This document shows, in pieces, positions 29,531-39,289 of a stretch of DNA of 64,000 nt (position 1 is the stretch's first letter; every line of letters begins with the position of its first letter). Below the pieces are notes generated by a model. The model had not been told where the DNA came from and made no database searches. It was given only the letters and a program-made list of their open reading frames with translations. Origin of the DNA: a virus. The stretch is taken from IMG/VR virus record IMGVR_UViG_3300029922_000029, positions 1 through 64,000 of that record; one strand, 5' to 3'. A program made the translations under genes and the position numbers.

Positions 29531-29782
29531 ATGGGGAAACCAAAGCAAAATTTAACTCCCGAACGTCTCTGTGAGGTCTGCGATGAAGAAATCGTGGCCG
29601 ACCGAATTGCCGCTATGCCGGCCGCGAAACGCTGCATCCACTGCGAGGAAGTCAGAGAGCGGAAATGGGGCGTGCGAGTTCGATCGATGGAAGTCATTAC
29701 GAGCTCGACGGATGCGGAGAGCTTTGAAGGCGCCGAACTTTTTTTTACACGTGACCGACTGAGGAAGCCGAGGCCCAAATGA
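29531..29782 (+). CDS. DksA/TraR C4 zinc-finger protein
   Basis: CEVCDEEIVADRIAAMPAAKRCIHC. Confidence 0.85.
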   Translation: MGKPKQNLTPERLCEVCDEEIVADRIAAMPAAKRCIHCEEVRERKWGVRVRSMEVITSSTDAESFEGAELFFTRDRLRKPRPK

Positions 29783-29963
29783 CTGAGTCGATCGACTTTA
29801 GTATTCAGCCAGGAGAGATCCGGTGGAGCGTACCGGGTTGGCCGAGTATTTTGGCCGTCAAGCCCAACGGCGATATTCTGGTGAAGGGTAAACTGATTGC
29901 GAACGATATCGAAGTTTATGAGGCCCTGAAATATATGGCCGGAAGGTACAAGGCAAATTAAAT

Positions 29964-30752
29964 ATGTCCATTGTCTCATCCATTCTCTCCGACCTGCATG
30001 ACCCCTTCAAAGACCAACTCCCCGCCCAGCCCAACACGACGGAAGGCCAAGACTTCCTCCGCCAACTCTCGAACACCGAGCAGCCCGACCCGAGCCAAAA
30101 AGGCACGCGCGCGCTCTGGTACCCGCTCGCCAAAGTCTACCCGCAAAAAATGAAGACTCGGGGCAAGTACCCGAACGGATATCCTGAAGGGGCTGTCGTC
30201 CACTTCACGGCCGGCGTAGATGGAACCGGAGCACTCGAGCAGGGGATCGTAAACGGTTTCTCCTATTTTCTCATCACGCGCGACGGCACGGTGTGGCAGG
30301 CCGCACCGCTCGATGAGTGGGGATTTCATGCGGGACCCAGTACCTATCCGGGCCTCGGCAACGGCATCAGCCCGAAGCTGGTCGGCATCGAGATGTGCAC
30401 GGCAGGCATCGTAGATCCGCAGCCCGTGGTCGCTGGCCAGGCGCCGATGTTTAAACAGTGGTACGAACGCGACCCACGAAAGTACCTGTCGGCGGCCGAG
30501 GTCAGGTACTCGGTTAAGAAGGATAATATCCATTCGGGCTACTACCACATCTACACGCCGGCACAGGAGCACTCGCTCGTAGGTCTTTTGCTCTGGCTCA
30601 AGAGTAACAATCCAGGCGTGTTCAGTTTTGATCACGTACTGGGGCATGACGAGATCTGCGTGCCACCGGGCCGGAAGGTCGATCCGGGAGCTGCGCTCAC
30701 GATGTCGATGCCGGAGTTTCGGGCGTTTTTGAAGACGCAGGGGCCTGTATGA
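29964..30752 (+). CDS. N-acetylmuramoyl-L-alanine amidase (Amidase_2), endolysin-like
   Basis: VVHFTAG, FHAG, GIEM and GHDEI...KVDPG motifs. Confidence 0.9.
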   Translation: MSIVSSILSDLHDPFKDQLPAQPNTTEGQDFLRQLSNTEQPDPSQKGTRALWYPLAKVYPQKMKTRGKYPNGYPEGAVVHFTAGVDGTGALEQGIVNGFSYFLITRDGTVWQAAPLDEWGFHAGPSTYPGLGNGISPKLVGIEMCTAGIVDPQPVVAGQAPMFKQWYERDPRKYLSAAEVRYSVKKDNIHSGYYHIYTPAQEHSLVGLLLWLKSNNPGVFSFDHVLGHDEICVPPGRKVDPGAALTMSMPEFRAFLKTQGPV

Positions 30753-30966
30753 TCACTGTGGGAAAGATGTGCGTAGAGGATCTCGGCAAGCAGGGCGAGT
30801 TCAATATGGTTAAGGTCACCTTTGATATCCGAGACGAGGGAGTCGAGCCTGGTAGTGGCCCTGTCCTCGAGTACAAGAGAGGTTTGATTATCAGCATGAG
30901 ACCAGAGGATCTTCCAGTGCAAAGCAGAGACGGAAACTCGCTTGAGTATAGAATTCGGATGGGGCG

Positions 30967-31260
30967 ATGAAGAAGATTACAGCCAAAGAGTTCAGGGAAC
31001 TGGGCCTCCTCCAAGAAATGAACCGACAGTTCCTTCATCCGATGGGGCTAGCGCTGGAAGTCATCATAGAGGCTGATGGCAATGAAAGCTTTGGAGGAGT
31101 TTGGGACTCAAGAGAGGACCCTAGAGGAATTACTTTCGCAGATGAAATACTTTCACCCGCAAGAGCTAATACGGTAGCTGCCATATTCAATGAAAAGTCT
31201 GCCGTGCGGAAAGCGAAATTCGGATGGCATATCCAGCCGATCCCTGGCAATGAAAACTAA
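30967..31260 (+). CDS. Conserved phage hypothetical protein
   Basis: EFRELGLLQEMNRQFLHPMGLALEV...WD.REDP.G. Confidence 0.75.
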   Translation: MKKITAKEFRELGLLQEMNRQFLHPMGLALEVIIEADGNESFGGVWDSREDPRGITFADEILSPARANTVAAIFNEKSAVRKAKFGWHIQPIPGNEN

Positions 31261-31308
31261 GTAAAGGAAGTTCTTGCCTACCCCTCGACCCTGATGTAAG
31301 GTGACGCC

Positions 31309-31995
31309 ATGACCAACAAAAACTACGACCACCTGAAGCCAGTCATTGCCAAACTCATGGGACATTTTAACGATGGGACGCTCGCGATTCAGAAGGAGTT
31401 CCCGGAGCTCAAAGACAATGATCTCTATGTGGTGCTTTACGAAGCATCGCTTGCGGTGGTGGGTCAGGTGATCGGAAGCGCATTCGTCGCCAACCCCCAG
31501 ATGAATCAGCCCGATGTCTACCGGCAGGCCGCGAAGTCGCTTCAGATTCATACGCAGAAATTTCAGGAGTGGTCGCTCCTACTGAAGGAACAGAAGCAGG
31601 AGGAGGGAGCTGCAAAGATCGAGACAGTTGCAGAGGGTATGTCCCGTGAACATCTCTTGGCTGCGATGGGGTCTAAGGAGCCATTCCAACAGCCACCAGA
31701 CGGAGCTCATAACCCTAATCCGAGTCAAGTTGGCGGTCAGACCGCTGAACAACTCGCCGCTCATCGCGCGAAGATGGAAGAAGTTAGGGCTTATTTTGAA
31801 GCCGAGAATCGGGTGGCGAAGCAACGGATGGGTAAGCGTGAATACACGCCGGAGGAGATAGCGAAGATTACGGAGGCTATGGCTGAGGCGAAACCGTGGC
31901 AAGGGATGACCGAAGCGGGGTATGAACCAGTTATCGAAGACCTCGGCCCCCCAACTCAGCCGCGGTCGATGTGGGTTCCTGATGGCCAAGCCTGA
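31309..31995 (+). CDS. Hypothetical protein, probably leaderless
   Basis: TTGCCT-17-TAAGGT-6-ATG. Confidence 0.7.
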   Translation: MTNKNYDHLKPVIAKLMGHFNDGTLAIQKEFPELKDNDLYVVLYEASLAVVGQVIGSAFVANPQMNQPDVYRQAAKSLQIHTQKFQEWSLLLKEQKQEEGAAKIETVAEGMSREHLLAAMGSKEPFQQPPDGAHNPNPSQVGGQTAEQLAAHRAKMEEVRAYFEAENRVAKQRMGKREYTPEEIAKITEAMAEAKPWQGMTEAGYEPVIEDLGPPTQPRSMWVPDGQA

Positions 31996-32656
31996 GCTCT
32001 GGCTTGATTTTGAAACCGGCGGTGTCGACCCTATGGTGCACTCACCCCTTTCGTTTGCGATGGAGGGTTATGATTCGAACGGAAACGCACTGGGATGCTG
32101 GGATGTTCAGATTCGGATCCAGCCGCTGGTCGTCGAGCCGCAGGCTCTGAAGATCAACAAGATCGATCCCACGACGCCAGGCATCGGCCTGGAAGAGTTC
32201 AAGAACGGCTACTTCCGAAGGCTGAACGACTGGTTCTACAATGGCAATAAAGAAGGCCGCACCGAGCCCATGATCCGGCCGTACGCCGAGATCATGCCTT
32301 TGGTTTGTGGCCACAACACTTCGGGCTTCGATAATCTGATGCTGAAGCGACTCTTAGGTGACTGGGTCGGTGCCATCACGCAGGGCATCGACACGATGGT
32401 GCTCGCCGCCACTCTCCGGCAGTGGGGAATCATTAATCCCGAGAACATAAAACTCGGGACTTTACTGGCCTACTTTGATATTAGTCCGCTGGAAGGTGAA
32501 CTCCATACGGCTCTCACCGATATCCGAGGCTGTAAGCGCCTCAACGAAACCATGAAAGGGATTCTCAATGGAAGCCGCTACTCTCCTGAAATACAAGCAG
32601 CTCTCGACGCTCCAGGGGCGTTCGATCCAATTGGTTTTATGGCAGCAGGAGAATGA
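31982..32656 (+). CDS. DEDDh 3'-5' exonuclease (DnaQ-like)
   Basis: LDFETGG, GHNTSGFD, IDT and HTALTD motifs. Confidence 0.9.
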   Translation: MAKPELWLDFETGGVDPMVHSPLSFAMEGYDSNGNALGCWDVQIRIQPLVVEPQALKINKIDPTTPGIGLEEFKNGYFRRLNDWFYNGNKEGRTEPMIRPYAEIMPLVCGHNTSGFDNLMLKRLLGDWVGAITQGIDTMVLAATLRQWGIINPENIKLGTLLAYFDISPLEGELHTALTDIRGCKRLNETMKGILNGSRYSPEIQAALDAPGAFDPIGFMAAGE

Positions 32657-33377
32657 CCAGTTTGTTTGCCTGATGGATGACGGCACCCAGTTCGCGATCG
32701 CGGAAGACGCGTTTGTCGGCAAGGCTTCGATGGTCCCTTTGCAGAAGGCGGTTGCCACCGAGGGCCATCACGCGGAGCAGATCCTACGACTCAAGGGGAT
32801 TGTTTGTGAAAAGGCTTACCAGCGCGGTAAAGAGTGTGGTAAGACCGGGACACTAGCGGCCGACAACGAATTCGAAACGGCCGACGAGAAGAAGGCCTAT
32901 AAACAGGGGTTGGAAGATGGAACAGCAGAACACGCCAAACGAAGTGTCGATCCCACTAGCACCGCAGGAAAACTTTCTCCAGATGAAGAAGGAGCTCTCA
33001 ATGAATGCCTCGAGTCAGCTCGGCCCATCGACATGCTCGCAAACTGCGGAACCCTTGGCGGCACCGACCGACTCGGCCGACAGTCTGTCGATGCAGTCCT
33101 CCCACCTGGATCCGCTGGGTCTGGAGACACCATCACAGTCGCAAGTCCCGTCCCCGAATGGGGAGACCTTGAAATCCCCATCACAGGACGAGCGGTCCTT
33201 ACCGAGATCTCCCCAGATCCTCAGCCCGGAGGAAGCCCAACTCCAGCAACCGTTGCCTTCTATGCCGCAGACGGATCCGCAGTCGACCCAACCCAGCCTC
33301 CAGGAGATGTCCCCGTCAACGCTGCTCAAGTGGCTCCAGTTCAAGCTGAACCGGGAACCGACAGTCAGCCGACTTAA
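32568..33377 (+). CDS. Hypothetical protein
   Basis: Globular-looking N-terminus. The tail overlaps the next ORF. Confidence 0.6.
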   Translation: MEAATLLKYKQLSTLQGRSIQLVLWQQENDQFVCLMDDGTQFAIAEDAFVGKASMVPLQKAVATEGHHAEQILRLKGIVCEKAYQRGKECGKTGTLAADNEFETADEKKAYKQGLEDGTAEHAKRSVDPTSTAGKLSPDEEGALNECLESARPIDMLANCGTLGGTDRLGRQSVDAVLPPGSAGSGDTITVASPVPEWGDLEIPITGRAVLTEISPDPQPGGSPTPATVAFYAADGSAVDPTQPPGDVPVNAAQVAPVQAEPGTDSQPT

Positions 33378-33513
33378 GGACGGAAAATTCTTCGCCGACT
33401 ATTTCGCCCTGACTGCGCCGGCGACTCAGTTCATTGGAGATACCGAACACGAAGCTTATCTGGGGCTCGCCAAGTGGCTAGCCTCTCAACCTCAAGAGGA
33501 ATTACCTACATGA
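32917..33513 (+). CDS. Hypothetical protein (disordered N-terminus, small globular C-terminus)
   Basis: Ends in an ATGA overlap with the RyR gene; start position uncertain. Confidence 0.55.
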   Translation: MEQQNTPNEVSIPLAPQENFLQMKKELSMNASSQLGPSTCSQTAEPLAAPTDSADSLSMQSSHLDPLGLETPSQSQVPSPNGETLKSPSQDERSLPRSPQILSPEEAQLQQPLPSMPQTDPQSTQPSLQEMSPSTLLKWLQFKLNREPTVSRLKDGKFFADYFALTAPATQFIGDTEHEAYLGLAKWLASQPQEELPT

Positions 33514-34037
33514 TGGACTCTAAAATGATTCAGCCTGATCCCCGAATTGTGGACGCGATCGCATCCGTCGCCCACGCCGTGAATGACTCCTACCGCGCCG
33601 CCACGGGCGAGATTCCGAAGGGTCCTTGGGTTACGCTCTCCAACCAAACGAAACAAGGCACCCTGCAAGGCGTCGTGAACCACCTCATGAATCCAGGCGG
33701 CATCGACCCGCGCCACTCACACGAGCTCTGGCTCGAGGGCAAACTCCGCCAGGGCTGGCGGTACGGTGAGACGGAAGACGCGGAGGAAAAGGTTCATCCG
33801 TGCCTGTTGCCCTATCATTCGTTGCCTGAGAATCAGCGCGTGAAGGATTATCTCTTCGGAGCCGTTGTGGCAGCGCTCGGGCCTCTCCTGATCCCAAAGC
33901 CCAGCATCGGGAAATCGATGCGGTCGCCGGAAGAAAAGACTTTTGTTCCCGGGCCACTCAAGGGCGGTCTTGTACAGGGTATGACCAAAGCCTCAGGCGA
34001 ACGCCAGGAAGTGAGCGATGCTCATGGCAGCAGCTGA
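33510..34037 (+). CDS. RyR-domain protein
   Basis: HELWLEGKLRQGWRYG...KVHPCLLPYHSLPENQRVKD. Confidence 0.9.
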   Translation: MMDSKMIQPDPRIVDAIASVAHAVNDSYRAATGEIPKGPWVTLSNQTKQGTLQGVVNHLMNPGGIDPRHSHELWLEGKLRQGWRYGETEDAEEKVHPCLLPYHSLPENQRVKDYLFGAVVAALGPLLIPKPSIGKSMRSPEEKTFVPGPLKGGLVQGMTKASGERQEVSDAHGSS

Positions 34038-34815
34038 AGACCAACCGCAGTTTGAGATCACAGAAGACCAGGCGACTGAGATCAGTGAGCTGATCCGCGG
34101 GGCGAGTGATGAGACTTATGATGAGGATGACCTCGAGCGGATTGACAATGCGCCTCCTCCAGTTCAGATCGATGAATTTGTCCCTACCACTCCAGCCGAA
34201 GATGATGAAATCGCTCTGCGCATCAAACTCTCACCCGAGACCATCAAACGGATGAAGGTCTTGGCGATCCTGGGTTCTCCTCAGGTCATCGTCTCACTCA
34301 AGGAGCAACTCCAGGTGACGGTGAACGATTGCTTCGACCAGCTGATCCAAGACGAACTCAGGCAACACCTGGCGTCATCAGGCGTCCTTCCTGAGTCTCA
34401 GCTTCAGCCCGCAATCCCCGGAACCACTGCAGGTCCGGCGCCCACCACTCCCCGCGCTACGCGCGCGGCCCAGGCAGCACAAGCTGCGGCGACTGACTCA
34501 TTCAGTCACAGCCTCTCCAATGACGAAGAGGATCCTCCCGAGGATGAAGATCCGACCGGCGAGAAAAAACCCATGGTTTTGGCCGGCCAGTTCGAGGACG
34601 TCGGTGAGGATGCCGATGCACACCTGGATGCGATCTTCACGGAAATCAAACCGTCGCGGCAGAGCCGTCAACAGAATGAAGACCAGCAACTGGCTGCTCT
34701 CGCCGGCGCGCCCGGAGTTTCTGGCGGCAGCGGTGGCATGACGGATGCCCGCAAGGCTTACGACGGTAAGAAGAAGGCCAATGTGTATGTGGCTCGAGCG
34801 GGTGAATTGAATTGA
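34018..34815 (+). CDS. Acidic hypothetical protein
   Basis: 265 aa, coupled to neighbouring ORFs. Confidence 0.7.
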   Translation: MLMAAAEDQPQFEITEDQATEISELIRGASDETYDEDDLERIDNAPPPVQIDEFVPTTPAEDDEIALRIKLSPETIKRMKVLAILGSPQVIVSLKEQLQVTVNDCFDQLIQDELRQHLASSGVLPESQLQPAIPGTTAGPAPTTPRATRAAQAAQAAATDSFSHSLSNDEEDPPEDEDPTGEKKPMVLAGQFEDVGEDADAHLDAIFTEIKPSRQSRQQNEDQQLAALAGAPGVSGGSGGMTDARKAYDGKKKANVYVARAGELN

Positions 34816-35120
34816 CCCACACCTGTAAACACTGCTCAGGCCCGCTTCTCCACGTGAAGCCAGGCCCGGTGGACCTGCTGTGGTGTAACCCCTGCACGGC
34901 CGCGCACGACATGAACGGCGCCATGCTGGCAACCCCCGGGGATCAGCTGAAGAGCTCATTCGATGCATTGAAGGTTACACGCCAGCATATCCATCCCCCG
35001 GCCGGCGTAAAGGGCCTGATGCAGAACACTCTCGAAGCCGCCTACATGGAAGGCCTGCTGCAGTCCTACATGGCGGGCGTGAAGGATGGGCTGTTACTGG
35101 CTTATCAGACGCCGAAATAG
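34812..35120 (+). CDS. Zn-ribbon hypothetical protein
   Basis: CKHC...CNPC. Confidence 0.6.
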   Translation: MTHTCKHCSGPLLHVKPGPVDLLWCNPCTAAHDMNGAMLATPGDQLKSSFDALKVTRQHIHPPAGVKGLMQNTLEAAYMEGLLQSYMAGVKDGLLLAYQTPK

Positions 35121-35353
35121 TTCTTGCCAACTAAGACTTTTCTGCCTATGGTCTCTCCACAGGAGACCTTTATGATCGAAAAACTCGGTGTATCGCAGGA
35201 ACAACTGAAGACGGAACTCACGCAGGAGCTCGCCGCACTCAAAGAAAAGAAGAACGGCCTTTCGAAGTTGGGCTCAGTCGAAGAATCCGGCGCATCCGCA
35301 GCAGTGGATGCCGAGATCGCGGCCGTCAAGAAGCAGATGGATGAGTTGGTCTG

Positions 35354-36295
35354 ATGTCAGCCACGCCTGAGAATGGGGAGCCGATCCTCTTTCGTGTCGT
35401 AGCATTCGGCACTCGCGACAAAGACAAGCTCTACACGGTCGAGCTGTTTAGCCGGATCTTCGAGCATGAGCAGGATGCCAGGACTTTCGGAAAAGCCCTC
35501 CTGGCTGCAGAGGGCACAATCCATGGGATCGTCGATAGCTATGTGTTCCAGAAGATCCGTATCGAGGAGCAGTCGTCGCACGCCTTGATTAAGTTTGTGG
35601 ATCTGGCCGATCAAAATCCTCCACCCACCTGCCGACAGATCCTCGAAGCTTGCCCAGATAACCGGCCCTTTACCGAGCAAGACATGAACCATGTCCGCAA
35701 GATCATCACGGATGCCATCGCACCAACCTGTCCGAAGAAATACCTGTTCAACCAAGAGACGGCCGATGCCATCAACGAACTCCAGCCACTCAACCAAGCC
35801 GAAGAGAATAAACTGCAGGAGAGGTTAAAGGGATATCTCGAGACTACGGCCATAAAGCCAAGTGACTTTGGTCGCCCTAAGACCGCGACAGAACACCTCG
35901 AGGAGCAAGATCATTTCAAAAGATCCTATCGCAAGACGATGGATCAAATCTCGCAAGGCTATCCGACTTACGCTGAAATCATCGCTTCGCCTGATCCAGC
36001 CCAACTCCTAGCGGACTATGCAGCCAAACGTGCCGCAAGACTCGAAGATGAAGAGGTCAGTCGTGCCGGTAAAATTAGGCATATTAAGGTCCCCACTCTC
36101 ACCCACGATGAAGAAAAAAACACCCTATACATGAGTGGTCCAGTGACGCCAGAACCCTATACCTATCCAATCACGGATGTGATTGAGGAGATCCCAGTCC
36201 GTGGCAAAATCACGAAACTTCCCGGTACAAGTCAGGTGAAGCAAGATGCTTCAGAACAAAACGACTTTGATCCCAACTCACCTTCGATCGCCTGA
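35354..36295 (+). CDS. Hypothetical protein
   Basis: 313 aa, TGATG overlap. Confidence 0.75.
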   Translation: MSATPENGEPILFRVVAFGTRDKDKLYTVELFSRIFEHEQDARTFGKALLAAEGTIHGIVDSYVFQKIRIEEQSSHALIKFVDLADQNPPPTCRQILEACPDNRPFTEQDMNHVRKIITDAIAPTCPKKYLFNQETADAINELQPLNQAEENKLQERLKGYLETTAIKPSDFGRPKTATEHLEEQDHFKRSYRKTMDQISQGYPTYAEIIASPDPAQLLADYAAKRAARLEDEEVSRAGKIRHIKVPTLTHDEEKNTLYMSGPVTPEPYTYPITDVIEEIPVRGKITKLPGTSQVKQDASEQNDFDPNSPSIA

Positions 36296-36307
36296 AAGGA
36301 ATCATTC

Positions 36308-37663
36308 ATGATTATTGGATTGACCGACAAACCCGTTATTCGCCGTGATGGTAAAATCCGCTGTGGTACCGGCCCAAAAACGGGCGGCTTCAAGAACTCC
36401 CCTCACTTCCTGCTCCGCGATGCCGAGCAGCTCATTCCAGTCCTGGGCGCCGAACCCACCGAGATCTTCTTCACCTTCCACTCGGATAATCCAAGTGAGG
36501 TCGCCAAGATCGATCTTCGCTGGTACAGCCAGACCAAGCTCCTCTGCCAGTCCATGCACAACACGACGGACAAGACGAAGCCAATTGGCCAGTGGGCCGT
36601 CTACCGCGGGCAGAACGAAGTTCCTGGAATGACGCAAGAGCCCTACCTCGGACTTGCCCGTACCCGGAAGCGCCAATGTGATTACAAGGGCTGCGCTCAA
36701 TACCAAACCGGTGACTGCGGCGAGCACTTGTTCCTCAACATCATGATCCCGCAGTACAGCATGGGCTCAATCTTCACGCTCGACTCGGTCTCAATTCTGG
36801 CCGTCGTCAATGCGCTCGGACTGTTCGAGAAGGCCGGAACCCAGCATGGCGGCAAGTTTTCGGGCGAGATCTATCGCATGTTCAAGAAAGAAGTCGAGTC
36901 TGAATTCTTCGATACGAACGCCGGTAAGGACGTGAAGCGGAAGCAGCTCGTGGTTCAGTTTGCTCAAGTCAACTATCAGGACTATATCACCAGGTTTGGA
37001 AACAAGATCAGCCCAGAGAACATGCATGCACTCGAGGCATTACGGGCGCGTGGGCACGTCGGGAATCGAAGCATCTATTCCTTGGCATCGGATCTCAGTC
37101 GCCAACAAGAACCTCTCGCATTGGTCGATCACAGCTTCGAAGAAGATCTTGAAGCTCTGCCATCACCAGAACAAGTCTCTGCTCCCCTGACTCCGCTGGG
37201 GGGTGGTGATGACAAAGCCATTAAAGACCGAGGAAACCATCCTGCTCTCGCCGCTCTGTTCGTGGAGCTCTCAACACTTGCAAAGGTGGATAATTCAGAG
37301 CTCAACCGATACAACGTGGCGAAGACCGTAAACAGTGTCGAGAACCTCGCCACTTATTTGAAAGCCAAGATTGCCGAACACAAGAAGCGACTCGCACTCA
37401 AAGAAGGTCCGGTTGTCAGTCCGCATTCTCACACACCTGCTCATGTCACGGGCACCGCTCTACCAGCCGGATCCGTTCAATCAGCGAGACCAGCAGGACA
37501 ATCGCAACCAGCAGGATTAGCGCAGGCCAAGCCGCAACCAGCCGCGGGCCCAGCACAGTCTGTCGTCAGCAAGCCAACCGGTGCGCCCGTAGTCGTGCCT
37601 GCCGGTACGCCCATCCCAGGGGCAGCCCAAAAGGTTGCTTCCATCGTAAGTCCTTTATTCTAA
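36308..37663 (+). CDS. Gp3-like (recombination directionality factor-like) putative strand-annealing protein
   Basis: GKIRCG...HF...Y...LLC...C...C...C..H..L...S pattern with a disordered tail. A PD-(D/E)XK exonuclease gene lies nearby. Confidence 0.6.
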   Translation: MIIGLTDKPVIRRDGKIRCGTGPKTGGFKNSPHFLLRDAEQLIPVLGAEPTEIFFTFHSDNPSEVAKIDLRWYSQTKLLCQSMHNTTDKTKPIGQWAVYRGQNEVPGMTQEPYLGLARTRKRQCDYKGCAQYQTGDCGEHLFLNIMIPQYSMGSIFTLDSVSILAVVNALGLFEKAGTQHGGKFSGEIYRMFKKEVESEFFDTNAGKDVKRKQLVVQFAQVNYQDYITRFGNKISPENMHALEALRARGHVGNRSIYSLASDLSRQQEPLALVDHSFEEDLEALPSPEQVSAPLTPLGGGDDKAIKDRGNHPALAALFVELSTLAKVDNSELNRYNVAKTVNSVENLATYLKAKIAEHKKRLALKEGPVVSPHSHTPAHVTGTALPAGSVQSARPAGQSQPAGLAQAKPQPAAGPAQSVVSKPTGAPVVVPAGTPIPGAAQKVASIVSPLF

Positions 37664-37727
37664 TCACCGAACCCTCTGCTCCTCGCGGGGCAGGGGGTTT
37701 TCTTTAACTCTCGAAGGAGCTCTCGCC

Positions 37728-38777
37728 GTGATCAAATTCATCCTCGTCCTCCAAGGTAACCACCCAGAAATCAAAAGCTCCCTCATCAAAGGACTCCAGA
37801 CGGTCCAGGACAAGTTCTTCGTGAGAGCAGTCGTCAGCCAGAAGTATAACGGCCCCATCAAAGACCTCCACGACATCTTCATGGACTACTTCAGCCAGTA
37901 CGGGCAGACGGTTCAGGACAAGAACGACGTTGTGTTGCGTTCGGTAGCAGAGATGGGTCGCGCGGTTTATGGTCCGGATGCCTGGACGAACCTTCTTCAC
38001 GCTAGTCTCCGGCAAATTTCGGCTGCTGCCGAACCCATGGGAGTCGTCGTTGAGGATCTCACAAGTCACGACCAACTCGCACAGCTAGAAGAATTCGCTA
38101 GCGGCTTAGGTGGAGCGCCTGTGATCACGGTCAGGCTCCACCAGCCGCTGGACAAGACTTTGACCGCCTGGAAGGATTCCGACTTCGACCTCACGATCGA
38201 TCCCGACAAAGGGATGTTCCATATCTTCGGACCCCTGACGGCCGCGATCCGAGCCAAACTGCCCTCCGAACAGACAACGCCCTCCTCTCAAAGTTCTACC
38301 CACCAGGCGGTCGTCGCTCTCAACGAGGAGCTGAAGAAGCTATTGGCTCAGGGCTATGGAGCTGATTTCCAATGGGTTTATGACACCACCACGGGCTGCA
38401 AGCAGCTCAAGCTGAAAAAGCTTGAACCCATCGTGAAACTGGACAAGACTGAAGAGACGCGAATCGCGGAGCTCACGCAACAAACCTTGAGTGAAGCTCA
38501 GCCCGCGGTGCCAGTTGCGGTTCCACCCACGGAGTCCAAAGTTGACGAAGCCCCCCTCGCAGCAGAATCAGTCCCAAATGACGGAAGCGGACCAGCAGCA
38601 AGCGAAGCTGTCGGCGACGTTAGCCATGACGAAAGCAGTCCGGGCCATGATTCTGGAAATCCTGACACGTTCGATGGGTCGGGGGGACCTGCTTCTGATG
38701 GAAGCGTTGGGGCTGGACTCGCGCAAGATGTTGATGGAAGCAATAACGCAGGAAGCACAAGCGCTGTTGGGACGTGA
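37728..38777 (+). CDS. Degenerate dNMP-kinase-like protein
   Basis: EMGRAVYGPDAW, VVVEDL and DFDLTID. The P-loop position reads QGNHPEIKS. Confidence 0.45.
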   Translation: MIKFILVLQGNHPEIKSSLIKGLQTVQDKFFVRAVVSQKYNGPIKDLHDIFMDYFSQYGQTVQDKNDVVLRSVAEMGRAVYGPDAWTNLLHASLRQISAAAEPMGVVVEDLTSHDQLAQLEEFASGLGGAPVITVRLHQPLDKTLTAWKDSDFDLTIDPDKGMFHIFGPLTAAIRAKLPSEQTTPSSQSSTHQAVVALNEELKKLLAQGYGADFQWVYDTTTGCKQLKLKKLEPIVKLDKTEETRIAELTQQTLSEAQPAVPVAVPPTESKVDEAPLAAESVPNDGSGPAASEAVGDVSHDESSPGHDSGNPDTFDGSGGPASDGSVGAGLAQDVDGSNNAGSTSAVGT

Positions 38778-38811
38778 AGACCCGCTAGCGCCATTACAGG
38801 AGATCTGAACA

Positions 38812-39063
38812 ATGCCCCCACGTGAGAAAAGTGTTGAAGACGAAGCGGAAGCCATCATGAATGACAGTTCGCTCGAGGGTGATGAAACTCTCACCGCAGA
38901 GACTGAACTTCCAGAGGAAGAGTCTGGCTTCAACGAAGAAGGCGACCCAGAAGAAGTGAATCTGGGTGAGGATGATGACTCGGTTGAGGAGCCCGTCGAA
39001 GAAGATAGCTACGAAGATCAGCCGGAATCCGAAGGCGAAGCGGAAGGCAACGAGGCCGGGTAA
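38812..39063 (+). CDS. Extremely acidic small protein
   Basis: Glu/Asp-rich, AGGAG RBS. Confidence 0.65.
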   Translation: MPPREKSVEDEAEAIMNDSSLEGDETLTAETELPEEESGFNEEGDPEEVNLGEDDDSVEEPVEEDSYEDQPESEGEAEGNEAG

Positions 39064-39289
39064 TCGGGTATAAGCTTAATAGAGAAAAGCAACTCTTGAA
39101 CGGCCACTCACTTTTGTGCAGTGGCCGTTTTTATTTGAGGCGTGATGTGGATAAAAAGGTTGTAGATCAGTTTAATCAACTCTTCATTGAGCGTCTCTCT
39201 CTATCAGACAAGCCCATGGGAAGAGTCGCTGAAGTTATGGCAGAGATCATCGCTGAAGAATTAGGGCTCAAGCTGCCCAAGGAGAATAG

